From positions 352,001 to 416,000 of the forward strand of contig CAWDFP010000006.1 of assembly GCA_963801605.1 (NCBI GenBank): a stretch of 64,000 bases of DNA, given 5' to 3'. Made by a program: the position numbers and the translations under genes. The notes under the pieces were generated by a model, which worked only from the letters and a program-made list of their open reading frames with translations, ran no database searches and was not told where the DNA came from. This stretch comes from an uncultured candidate division Zixibacteria bacterium. Its GTDB lineage: Bacteria > Zixibacteria > MSB-5A5 > UBA10806. Below are positions 10,617 to 19,904 of the stretch, one piece after another (position 1 is the stretch's first letter; every line of letters begins with the position of its first letter).

Positions 10617-11360
10617 ATGAGCAATTCCACCAAAATCTCCTGGACCCGCGCCTCCTGGAACCCCATTACCGGCTGCAGTCGCGTCAGCGCTGGCTGTGCT
10701 CATTGCTATGCTGAACGGATGGCAGGCAGGCTCCAGAAAATGGGCCAGGCCAAGTACATAAACGGATTCAAGGTAACGTTGCATGATGATGCTCTCGCCC
10801 TCCCTCTCACCTGGAAAAAGCCGCGTCTAATCTTCGTCAACTCTATGAGCGATATCTTCCATAAAGATGTGCCGTTATCTTTCATCCAGAAGATATTTAC
10901 GGTGATGCGCCAGGCAGACTGGCATATCTTCCAGCTTCTCACCAAGCGCTCGGAGCGGATGGCGTCCCTTGCGCCCAAGATCGATTGGCCGGAGAATGTC
11001 TGGGCCGGCGTGACGGTGGAATCAGCCGATTACTACAATCGTCTTGATGATCTCCGCCGCGTGCCAGCCGCGCTTCGCTATGTATCTGCGGAGCCGATGC
11101 TGGGTCCGATGCCTGATTTTCCGTTGAAAGGAATCGATTGGATAATCTTGGGCGGCGAATCCGGCCCCGGCGCCCGTCCGATGGAAAAGCGCTGGGTGAT
11201 CGATATGAGAAACCGCTGCAAGAAAAACGACGTGCCCTTCTTCTTCAAGCAGTGGGGCGGCACAAATCGTCAGGAGACCGGCTGCCTGCTTGACGGTAAA
11301 TACTACCACGAGATGCCAAGCCTCAATTCCCAATCAGCAGATTTGCTACTGGGTCTGTAA
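10617..11360 (+). CDS. DUF5131 / phage Gp37-Gp68 family protein (radical-SAM-like)
   Basis: ISWT..WNPITGCSRVSAGCAHCYA (Cx6Cx2C), FVNSMSDIFH, LTKR, GGESGPGARPM, FFFKQWGG. Confidence 0.9.
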   Translation: MSNSTKISWTRASWNPITGCSRVSAGCAHCYAERMAGRLQKMGQAKYINGFKVTLHDDALALPLTWKKPRLIFVNSMSDIFHKDVPLSFIQKIFTVMRQADWHIFQLLTKRSERMASLAPKIDWPENVWAGVTVESADYYNRLDDLRRVPAALRYVSAEPMLGPMPDFPLKGIDWIILGGESGPGARPMEKRWVIDMRNRCKKNDVPFFFKQWGGTNRQETGCLLDGKYYHEMPSLNSQSADLLLGL

Positions 11361-11564
11361 ATGCTATTAAGGGTAAACACATTTGTTTGCCCCCATGAAA
11401 TTTAAAAAAGCTATTCGTGCAATCCATATAAGCATTATCAAACAATCTGCATTTTACTGCATAATACCTATCTAATTCAATCTGTCTTAATTGGATATGC
11501 GAAATCCAAAACGCGTTCAAAGTGCATTTTGAATTCCAGAGGCTATATAAGTAGAAGGAGTATT

Positions 11565-12080
11565 ATGCACAGCTTAATGGAATTAAAACGCCCTGACAGC
11601 CTTGATGAAATCAACGCCCTCTTTGGAGATATTGAACGCTATATGATACCTTCACCGAGCGGAACATTAACTCTTGATCCCGCATTCGAGCAGAAATATA
11701 TCAAACGCGCCAAGCTCCCTTATCAACTTCGAGCCGCCTGGGATCATAGCAAGAAAATAGCGTCTATTCGGTGTCATTATCTGTTAGCTGACCGCTTTCA
11801 GGCTGTTTTTGAATCGATCTCCTCAAAGGATTTAGGGGCACAAACCTGCTTTTTGGGAGGATGCTACTGTTTCCGTCAAAAAAGAAATGGTCCCGGAATC
11901 TCAACCCACTCCTGGGGAATCGCCATCGATATCAATCCCGAAACTAATCAACATGGAAAGCCGGGCGATATGAATCCTGAGATTGTGGAAACATTCAAGA
12001 ATTTCGGTTTTATCTGGGGCGGCGATTGGAACGGAAAGGCGCGCGACCCGATGCATTTCCAATATTGCCGAGGATATTGA
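11565..12080 (+). CDS. M15-family metallopeptidase (peptidoglycan peptidase-like)
   Basis: AGGAG RBS; STHSWGIAIDIN, WGGDW and DPMHFQ motifs. Confidence 0.85.
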   Translation: MHSLMELKRPDSLDEINALFGDIERYMIPSPSGTLTLDPAFEQKYIKRAKLPYQLRAAWDHSKKIASIRCHYLLADRFQAVFESISSKDLGAQTCFLGGCYCFRQKRNGPGISTHSWGIAIDINPETNQHGKPGDMNPEIVETFKNFGFIWGGDWNGKARDPMHFQYCRGY

Positions 12081-12082
12081 AT

Positions 12083-12110
12083 AAAAAAAGGGCGAGATTA
12101 GTCTCGCCCT
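12083..12110 (-). terminator. Intrinsic terminator between convergent genes
   Basis: AGGGCGAGA/TCTCGCCCT stem with a T7 tail on the minus strand. Confidence 0.7.
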
Positions 12111-12133
12111 AATTCACTAATCGAAAAATCTAA

Positions 12134-13430
12134 TTAACGGTTAAAAGCTCGATCGCTGAACTTGGCTACTTCTTTTACCCTTTCGGAAATCATTGAGACA
12201 TGGTCAGCGGCATAAAAATCGTCAAACCCGCTGTATATCTGGAAAGTATGCGTTTTCCCCGCTCCGGTAACCAATTCGTCGAAAATCGCGGCCTGCTGGT
12301 TTAGTCCCAGATCGTCATGATCGCCGGCATCAAAGTATAGAGCCGTGGAATCGAATACGCCTGCGGCGCCCGATGCAAAAATTGCCGTTACATCATTGGT
12401 CATCCAATGATTCATCCAAACGGTGCTATCAATCTCTCCCAAAACATTGAACGGCAAATCGACATAGCCGGCAAACTGATTGGTAGTAAAACGATGGGCC
12501 ACTGATGTATCGGGATTAGCCGGATCATGCGGACTGAATGCCGAGGCCATAGCAAACATCATATCGGTTAGCCTCTTGCCCGGACCGGGAGTAATTCTAT
12601 AAAAAGCGGCAGTATCTCCGGGAGTAAAGCCGTTTTCGGCAAACACGACAGGTAACATCGGTAGAACGCCCTGCATCACCAGGACCCCGCTCATTGATGC
12701 CGCTGAGCCAAACAGATCATTTCTCAACATTGCCAACTTAACTGCGCCGTAACCTCCCATGGAGTGGCCGGCGAGGCCGCGATGCAAACGGTCGGTCTTT
12801 GTATTGAATACCGAGTCAACCACATGTACCACTTCATTGGTAATAAAATCCTGCATCCGTCCGGCATACGATTGCCCGTTAAATTCGGGGGAATTAGTGT
12901 AAAAGCTTCCACCGAGATTATTGGTGGCATTCGGAGTTGCCACGATCATAGGCTGAATCTGGCCGCTGGTGATAAGCTCATCCATAACTCCGGCAAGATC
13001 ATAAAGGCCCTTGAAATAATCCTGATCGCCATTATAACCATGTAACAGATACAGCACCGGGTAATAGGTTCCCCAGGATGTATCACCATACACAAAGAAA
13101 GTGTCTGGCGGGATGAGAATAATGGAATCCGCAGGCACTCCGCCGGTAGTATCGCCATAGACCAGCGTTTCTGGGCGGTGCAATACTGTCCCATCCAGTC
13201 GCTATCGGCTTCAGGGTATCGGCCGGATTGTATCCCGGAGGAGTATAAACCAGGATTTGGCGATTCCAGTAATCCTGCATTTTATCACCCCTTATCGACG
13301 GGGAATCAAAAAAGAGCGACCAATAACGACCGTGCTGCGTGGTCATATCAACTGGATTGGCCCGCTTGGAACATTGCGCCAGGATCAACGCACCAATTAG
13401 ACTAAGTAGAATTATTGCATATTTTTTCAT
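12134..13430 (-). CDS. Exported alpha/beta-hydrolase esterase, probable lipoprotein (frameshift ~13185)
   Basis: Signal/lipobox LAQC; VYTPPGY, YPVLYLLHG and GHSMGG nucleophile motifs. Confidence 0.8.
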
Positions 13431-13444
13431 CTTTTTCCTCCGCC

Positions 13445-14908
13445 CTAGAACCTGTAGCTCACAGAAACATGTGAGGCATACAATTTTTGTTTATAGATTC
13501 CGGGGAAATTATCGAAGATGTGATCACCGTTAACATCAGTTAAGGTTGTAATGGTGCGATTCTGGAAACTCAGGTATTCGAAATTATAGGATATTTCGGC
13601 TCCGCCAACTTTATAGGCCGCTCCGATGTTAAATGAATTCTTGTTGCCCATATCCGGGATGAGGGGTGTGAAAGTTTCATCGGGAATCGGGCTGGGATCG
13701 TGATAATATCCAAGTCTGATACCAAGAGGCTTAGACACCCAGTATTCTGCTCCCAAAGAGAACCTTACGGTGTTATCCCAATTAAGGATAATGGCAGAAT
13801 TAGTGGCAGGCTGTCCGGACGGGTCAGTACCGTTGAGCTTGATTAGAATTGAATCGAGGGACGACCATTTTGTGTAGGCAACATCGCCGGTAATGGTTAA
13901 TTTTTCAGATGGTTTGAAAGCCAATCCGAAACCGATATCCATAGGGGTCTTGAGTTCGGCTTTGGCCGACGGGCTGGCCGTATAATTCTGAGCTGCGAAA
14001 AGGAATCTAATCTGAGCCGAATCGGCGGCGTTGGTAACCTGCGATAAAAGGATGTTCTTGAGGGTCTCGTTATTGAATCCGTACAGCTCCTGTTTGGCGG
14101 TACCCGAAAGTTTCAACGTTGAACCGGTGCGGCCGGAGATGCCAAACTGGAGTTTCGACGAAAGCTTATAGAGGAGCCCGAAATTGGCTCCATAACCCCA
14201 ACCATCACCCTTCATCTCACTGCTGATAACGATATTTTCATGGGGGATCGGCAGGCCGCTCGGCTTGAGATATGTCCGGCCAAAAGTGATGCTTCCTCTT
14301 TGTATGGAAACGCCAACTCCCAGGCTCAATTTATCATTTAGGAAAGCCTTGGCTACCGTGGGGTGGATATCGATAATTTTTAAATCGGCCTTGTGATCAT
14401 ACCAGGGATATGGATAGGCCAGGTCCATTCCAACGGGATTATATAGATCCCATTCGCTGCCGAGGCCATAAGGAATATAAATGGCTAGGCCTGCAGTAAT
14501 GTTTTTAAGGGCTTTGAGCTTAAAAAAGCCCGAAACATCAGGAATGAAACTGGTTTTATCGTTCGGATAGAGAGTTTTGCCGTTGCGATAACCGACATTT
14601 AGGCCGTTGAATGTTATATCCGGCGTATACTCCGGTCGCGGGCTGATTGCCACCAACATGCCATTTAACTCTGAGTTTTCAACCTGAGTCAGGCCTGCCG
14701 GATTCCAATATGCAGCGCTCCAATCATCGGCCAGGCCGCGGAACGCGCCACCCATGCCGATCGCTTTCGAGCCAACTCCGGAAAGGGCAAATCCCCCGGC
14801 CAGAGCGCCCTGAGCGAACAAGACCACCAGGATCGCCGCGAACACCAGCTTAGCTTTTAAGCCAATTAAGACACCACGCGAACGGGCATCCGCGAATTTG
14901 TTCATCAT
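13445..14908 (-). CDS. FadL/OmpP1-family outer-membrane transporter
   Basis: GMGGAF..ADDWSAAYWNPAG hatch motif; beta-barrel pattern; C-terminal SYRF. Confidence 0.88.
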   Translation of the reverse strand: MMNKFADARSRGVLIGLKAKLVFAAILVVLFAQGALAGGFALSGVGSKAIGMGGAFRGLADDWSAAYWNPAGLTQVENSELNGMLVAISPRPEYTPDITFNGLNVGYRNGKTLYPNDKTSFIPDVSGFFKLKALKNITAGLAIYIPYGLGSEWDLYNPVGMDLAYPYPWYDHKADLKIIDIHPTVAKAFLNDKLSLGVGVSIQRGSITFGRTYLKPSGLPIPHENIVISSEMKGDGWGYGANFGLLYKLSSKLQFGISGRTGSTLKLSGTAKQELYGFNNETLKNILLSQVTNAADSAQIRFLFAAQNYTASPSAKAELKTPMDIGFGLAFKPSEKLTITGDVAYTKWSSLDSILIKLNGTDPSGQPATNSAIILNWDNTVRFSLGAEYWVSKPLGIRLGYYHDPSPIPDETFTPLIPDMGNKNSFNIGAAYKVGGAEISYNFEYLSFQNRTITTLTDVNGDHIFDNFPGIYKQKLYASHVSVSYRF

Positions 14909-14984
14909 CTGCGCATCTCCTGCTAAGAAGTTAATTTTCCTTAATAATTCGCGCCCCCGCAAAAAACCTAAGGGTACTAATTAA

Positions 14985-15728
14985 TCACTTTTTATCCATT
15001 CCTGCCAGATATTTTTTGGCTTCCTCCTTATATTTAATATCTACCGGCCCTTGGCCCGGAAGTGTGAGGCATTTGTCAAACTCCTCTCTGGCCTGAGGCA
15101 GCATATCATATTGCTGATAGGTTATTCCCATTTCAAGGTGATGATTAATCAAATTCGGATTCAAGGCGACCGCTTTTTGCATAAATGCGATTGCATCTTT
15201 TTTATTAGCGGATCCCAATCCTAAAGGCGCCCTAAAGAGTTTTGGTTTTTTGGCAATTTCGCGGTTCCATCTGCCCAGGATATGCCAGGCGCCGTCATGC
15301 AACGAATCAAGCTCAAGCGCCCTCGATGCTTCGGCTTTAACCTGCTTAGCAATCCCTATCGAATTAAAAATGCCTTTGAAAAGGGCTACTTTCCCCAGGG
15401 CCCGTGCCAACTGAAAGTGAGCGTCAGCCGAATTCTCCTGAAGCTTTACGGCTATCTTTTCAGACGAGGCAGCCTCCTCAAATATTACAAGCTGCGAATC
15501 TTTTGGCGTTAGTTCACCCAAAAAATTCAGGCTCCGTCCCAACTTCCATGAAGCATCGAAGCTTTGGCTATCGTTCGAGACCGCTTGACGGAATAACGCT
15601 GCCGAACCGGCGTAATCGTAGAGCGAGTACAGACTATCACCCCGGGCCAGAAGATCGGCCTCCGGCGCGGCATACAAATTTCCGCAAATGATAAATACAA
15701 AAAACGGGAAAAAGATCCAGTGTCGCAT
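14985..15728 (-). CDS. Exported TPR-repeat protein
   Basis: Signal peptide and helical TPR-like repeats (ALELD...AWHILGRW, KAVALNP). Confidence 0.7.
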   Translation of the reverse strand: MRHWIFFPFFVFIICGNLYAAPEADLLARGDSLYSLYDYAGSAALFRQAVSNDSQSFDASWKLGRSLNFLGELTPKDSQLVIFEEAASSEKIAVKLQENSADAHFQLARALGKVALFKGIFNSIGIAKQVKAEASRALELDSLHDGAWHILGRWNREIAKKPKLFRAPLGLGSANKKDAIAFMQKAVALNPNLINHHLEMGITYQQYDMLPQAREEFDKCLTLPGQGPVDIKYKEEAKKYLAGMDKK

Positions 15729-16304
15729 CTTGCTCCTAATTTGCGTTTAATCTTTTACAAAGATCCTTGAATCCCCCCGACCAAACCAGCATCGAAGTTA
15801 CTAAATTACCTCTTGCGTGTCAAGGGAGAGACGCAGTCAAATCACGATGCTCTCCCGGGACGACATAATCTATATTCATGATATTAATAACTCCTGATTA
15901 AAATAATTCAGCAGATAACAAAAATTGCGCCGAATTTTGAAACAGAATTTTTTCCAATCAATAGTGAGCTATGTTTGATTGACTTATGGGGATGACTTTA
16001 TGTTTCGTTTAACGATATCGAAACACTATTCACATGAAATTTTAAAAAACCTCGATTCCATTACAATCTCATCGCATCCTTCACTGTAAATGACGTCTTA
16101 ATAAACAAGTTACGGATTTAAGAAATTACTTTAGTTTTAATCTTGACATTCGATTCTATAAATCAATTCTTTGGCCGTGCAGATGATTATTATGAGGGAA
16201 ATATATAAACTGCTCTTATTGACTCTGCCTTGTAGTAAACCCAATTAGTAGAATTACATTCTAGTTCGCGTCGGAGGGGGGAAAGTTAAGCGAAACCTAT
16301 GGAG

Positions 16305-16334
16305 ATATCCACATCTGTAGATAACTTGTCAACA
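16305..16334. promoter_or_regulatory. Three imperfect DnaA boxes at the dnaA start codon
   Basis: ATATCCACA 16305-13, TGTAGATAA 16316-24, TTGTCAACA 16326-34 versus TTATCCACA (1, 1 and 2 mismatches). Confidence 0.55.
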
Positions 16335-17683
16335 TGTCAACGAACCTTTCTGCCGAACAGCTCTGGTGCGATTCACTCGAAATCGTAAAATCCCAGATCT
16401 CAACACAAAGCTTCAATACCTGGCTTAAGTCAACTAACGGAGTATCTCGAGACGAAAAGATACTTCGTGTTTCCGTACCTAACAAATTCGCGCTCAATTG
16501 GATTGCGGATAAATTCCACAATATTATCATCAACGCCGTGAGCGAAACCGCCGGGACTGCTCTTCAAGTCGAGTATATCAGCCGCGACGAAGTGGCAGCG
16601 GTTCCGCAATCATTACCGGAACAGCGGATTGAGGTTAAATCGCAAAACAATTATCTAAGTTTCGATACCCGTCTCAGTTCGCGTTATAATTTCGATAATT
16701 TCGTGGTAGGCGATTCCAATCAGTTTGCGCACGCTGCCGCGGTGGCTGTGGCCAAGGCCCCGATGCAAACCAAGTACAATCCTCTTTATATATATGGCGG
16801 CGTAGGGCTGGGCAAGACTCATCTAGCTCAGGCTATTGGAAATTATGTGCATGAGGGATTTACCAATCTTAAAATCCTTTATGTGACATCCGAGCGGTTT
16901 ACAACCGATTTTATCGACGCTATTGCTCATCAAAAAACCGCAGAATTTGCCAGGCTTTATCGAGGGGTAGACCTGTTGCTTTTGGATGATATTCAGTTTT
17001 TGACCGGCAAGGAGGCCACTCAGGAACAGTTTTTCCATACTTTCAATGCCTTGCATCAGGCCGGCAAGCAAATTATTCTCACCAGCGACCGTTCGCCTCG
17101 AGAGATCAAGGGCCTTGAGGATCGTCTTCTTTCGCGATTCCAATCAGGATTAGTGGCCGATATCCAACCACCCGATCTTGAAACCAGAATCGCCATTCTT
17201 CAGCAGATTGTACATTCGGAAAAACAAGCGGTTTCGTTCGATGTTTTAACCTATATTGCCAAAAATATCACTCGCAATATTCGCGAACTTGAAGGCTCGA
17301 TAGTGCGTCTTTTGGCTTACGGATCGATTACCGGCCGATCCCTTAATGTCGGCTTTGCGCAGGAGATATTAAAGGACGCCTTCAGTACCGGCTGCGTGAT
17401 AACCCTCGATTCGATCTCCAAGGCGGTTTGTGATTATTTTAAGATTTCGCCGGAACAACTCAGATCCAAACGCAAAACGGCCGATCTGGTCCGGGCGAGA
17501 CAGATAGCCATGTATCTGTGCCGTAAACATACCTCCTGTTCACTCAAGTTGATAGGAGAGGAGTTTGGGGGACGAGATCACTCCACAGTCATACATGCCA
17601 TCAACGTAATGGAGGAGGAATCAAAGATCGATATGGGACTCAGACGAGCCATCGACGAGATCGAGAACAGCCTCAAAGCCTGA
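16334..17683 (+). CDS. dnaA: Chromosomal replication initiator DnaA
   Basis: FDNFVVG.SN, YNPLYIYGGVGLGKTHL, LLDDIQF, RELEG and GGRDHSTVIHA; all four domains present. Confidence 0.97.
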   Translation: MSTNLSAEQLWCDSLEIVKSQISTQSFNTWLKSTNGVSRDEKILRVSVPNKFALNWIADKFHNIIINAVSETAGTALQVEYISRDEVAAVPQSLPEQRIEVKSQNNYLSFDTRLSSRYNFDNFVVGDSNQFAHAAAVAVAKAPMQTKYNPLYIYGGVGLGKTHLAQAIGNYVHEGFTNLKILYVTSERFTTDFIDAIAHQKTAEFARLYRGVDLLLLDDIQFLTGKEATQEQFFHTFNALHQAGKQIILTSDRSPREIKGLEDRLLSRFQSGLVADIQPPDLETRIAILQQIVHSEKQAVSFDVLTYIAKNITRNIRELEGSIVRLLAYGSITGRSLNVGFAQEILKDAFSTGCVITLDSISKAVCDYFKISPEQLRSKRKTADLVRARQIAMYLCRKHTSCSLKLIGEEFGGRDHSTVIHAINVMEEESKIDMGLRRAIDEIENSLKA

Positions 17684-17901
17684 TTCATAAGAAAAACGAT
17701 ATTAAAGGCGCCTGGAAAAAACATCCCGGCGCTTATTTTTTATAAGATAACTTTTGCATGACGCTATAATTCGTTTCCGGGATAATGAGAAGAACGGAAT
17801 TTTTCTCCTTGCAATCCCGATTAGGTTATCGCATTTTCAAAATAATATAATTTAATCCCCTTTGGTCGTTCGGGACTCAAAGCAACAAAAGGAGCTATTG
17901 C

Positions 17902-18405
17902 ATGTTCACCTCCATTGAAGATTTTAAGCAGAACTGGACTTATGAATCATCATGTACTCGCAAACTTATGGATCAATTAACAGACAAATCGCTGACCCAG
18001 CAGGTTACTAACGATCATCGAACGCTGGGACGGTTGGCCTGGCATATCACTCAGACAATCCCTGAAATGGGCGGACGAACTGGATTAAAAATAAGCGGTC
18101 CCGATCCAACAGTTGCGGTTCCCTCAAGCGCCGAAGATATTAAGAAAGCCTACGACGCTGCGGCTTCGTCGCTATTGGAGCAGGTTGTATCCTCATGGGA
18201 TGATAAAACTCTTCAGGTTGAGGACGATATGTATGGTGAGAAGTGGAAACGAGGCAACTCGTTGGCGATAATCATTGCGCACGAGATTCATCATCGCGGG
18301 CAAATGACAGTCTTGATGCGTCAGGCCGGCCTGCGAGTTCCCGGCGTATATGGTCCGTCGAAAGAGGAATGGGCTCAATACGGGGGAAATCCGCCGGAAA
18401 TTTAG
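17902..18405 (+). CDS. DinB-family protein
   Basis: RTLGRLAWH and HEIHHRGQMTVLMRQAG..VPGVYGP. Confidence 0.88.
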   Translation: MFTSIEDFKQNWTYESSCTRKLMDQLTDKSLTQQVTNDHRTLGRLAWHITQTIPEMGGRTGLKISGPDPTVAVPSSAEDIKKAYDAAASSLLEQVVSSWDDKTLQVEDDMYGEKWKRGNSLAIIIAHEIHHRGQMTVLMRQAGLRVPGVYGPSKEEWAQYGGNPPEI

Positions 18406-18454
18406 CTGATATTAAATGAACCGGTAACTGGATCGTAAAAACGCTTCAAATATT

Positions 18455-19570
18455 ATGTTAGCTTGTCCCAATTGCACAACGAGACTCAGCCGTCAATCGA
18501 TCGGCCACGGGGTCATTTATGCCTGCCCCACATGTGGCGGCCGCGCCTTGGGACTGGGGTTATTGCATAAAATGAATATTTCCGATACTTTCATGCGCGA
18601 TCTCTGGGCAAAAGCGGTCTCTCCTGGCACCCCTCGTTTGCGGGCCTGCCCTCATTGCGGGCAAAACATGGCGGAGGTAATAAGCGATGTTGGCGGAAAA
18701 CCTCTGACGCTCGATGTTTGTACCTCCTGTCAGAGCGTTTGGTTTGATCCGATTGAGCATGAAATATTACCCCACAAACCCCAGGTGTCTGAGGATCAAC
18801 TTTCTGACGCGGCCAAACAAGCTTTGCTTGAAATCGAGCTTGCCGAAATGCGTCGGACCCAGAAAGAGGAAGAGAATTCTGCCCCGCCCGAACAACTCTG
18901 GCAAAGAGCAGTTTCCATGCTCGGTTTACCGGTTTTAGAAAATGGCGATGAAATCAAGGTTCGGCCTTTCATGATTTGGGGGCTGGCATTGGCTTGCGTG
19001 CTAACCTATATTTTTGGTAGAAAAGATATCGACTCAGCCATGATGGCCTGGGGCTTCATTCCGGAATTGTGGTACCGGCATGGCGGCCTGACTTATTTTA
19101 CATCATTCTTTTTGCATGCCAATATTTTGCATCTGGTGATAAATTTATATTTTCTGCTGATATTTGGAGATCATCTCGAAGGGCTATTGGGGAGATGGAA
19201 GCTTTTGATGCTGATTTTCGGTTCGCATATCGCCGGATTGACGGTACATTATATGATTATGCCACACAGCGTTTTACCTCTTGTGGGGGCGAGCGCCGGA
19301 GTGGCGGGCATTCTGGCTTATTTTACGGTTTCATTCCCAAGAGCCAGGGTGGCGCTTATTTGGGGTTTCTTCGGGAGAGGAATAGGTTGGACCAGGCTGC
19401 CAGTGCTGTTTTTCCTGATGTTTTTTATAATCAGTGAAATGACACCGTCATTTATGAATACCGGGATGCCATCGGACAAGGTCAGCCTGGCATTTATGGG
19501 AGGCTTGATGGTTGGTGTTTGTGCGGCGATTTGGGTGAAGATAAATAGAGTGCCCCTTCCTCAACGATAA
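18455..19570 (+). CDS. Rhomboid intramembrane serine protease with two N-terminal zf-TFIIB-like zinc fingers
   Basis: CPNC..CPTCGG and CPHC..LDVCTSCQSVWFD; FLHANILHL..N; VGASAG serine motif. Confidence 0.8.
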   Translation: MLACPNCTTRLSRQSIGHGVIYACPTCGGRALGLGLLHKMNISDTFMRDLWAKAVSPGTPRLRACPHCGQNMAEVISDVGGKPLTLDVCTSCQSVWFDPIEHEILPHKPQVSEDQLSDAAKQALLEIELAEMRRTQKEEENSAPPEQLWQRAVSMLGLPVLENGDEIKVRPFMIWGLALACVLTYIFGRKDIDSAMMAWGFIPELWYRHGGLTYFTSFFLHANILHLVINLYFLLIFGDHLEGLLGRWKLLMLIFGSHIAGLTVHYMIMPHSVLPLVGASAGVAGILAYFTVSFPRARVALIWGFFGRGIGWTRLPVLFFLMFFIISEMTPSFMNTGMPSDKVSLAFMGGLMVGVCAAIWVKINRVPLPQR

Positions 19571-19904
19571 TATTTAAGCTGTTTTTAATGAAAGCTAATC
19601 GGTAAAGTTTTCATTTATTTTTGGTGTCGAAATCTACCTTATAGGTTACCCAAACGGAAATTAGTCTTCTGGACTGTATTAGCGACCCCTACATAGGTTG
19701 ATTGCGGGTAAATCCATATTATTTTGCCTTACAAATCCCCTTGACTCTAATATTTATAAGTTTATCATTATGGCTTGTTTTGGAACTTTATGGGCCGACT
19801 GGCCATTTATGGATAGGATTTGATAACAAGATACAGCTGGCATCAGATCACAGCCCGTGTGGTAATTGATCTGAACGAAGCATGGTAAAAAGTAGGAGTA
19901 AAAA

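Noticed and set aside
10617..12080. Prophage remnant (Gp37/Gp68 gene plus M15 peptidase)
   Set aside because: No structural, integrase, holin or replication genes nearby
16207..16218. AAACTGCTCTTA upstream of dnaA, resembling the uvrA inverted-repeat half-site
   Set aside because: Single half-site with no partner at matching spacing; could be chance
15729..16333. oriC
   Set aside because: AT-rich but lacks a cluster of good DnaA boxes; cannot be supported without GC skew
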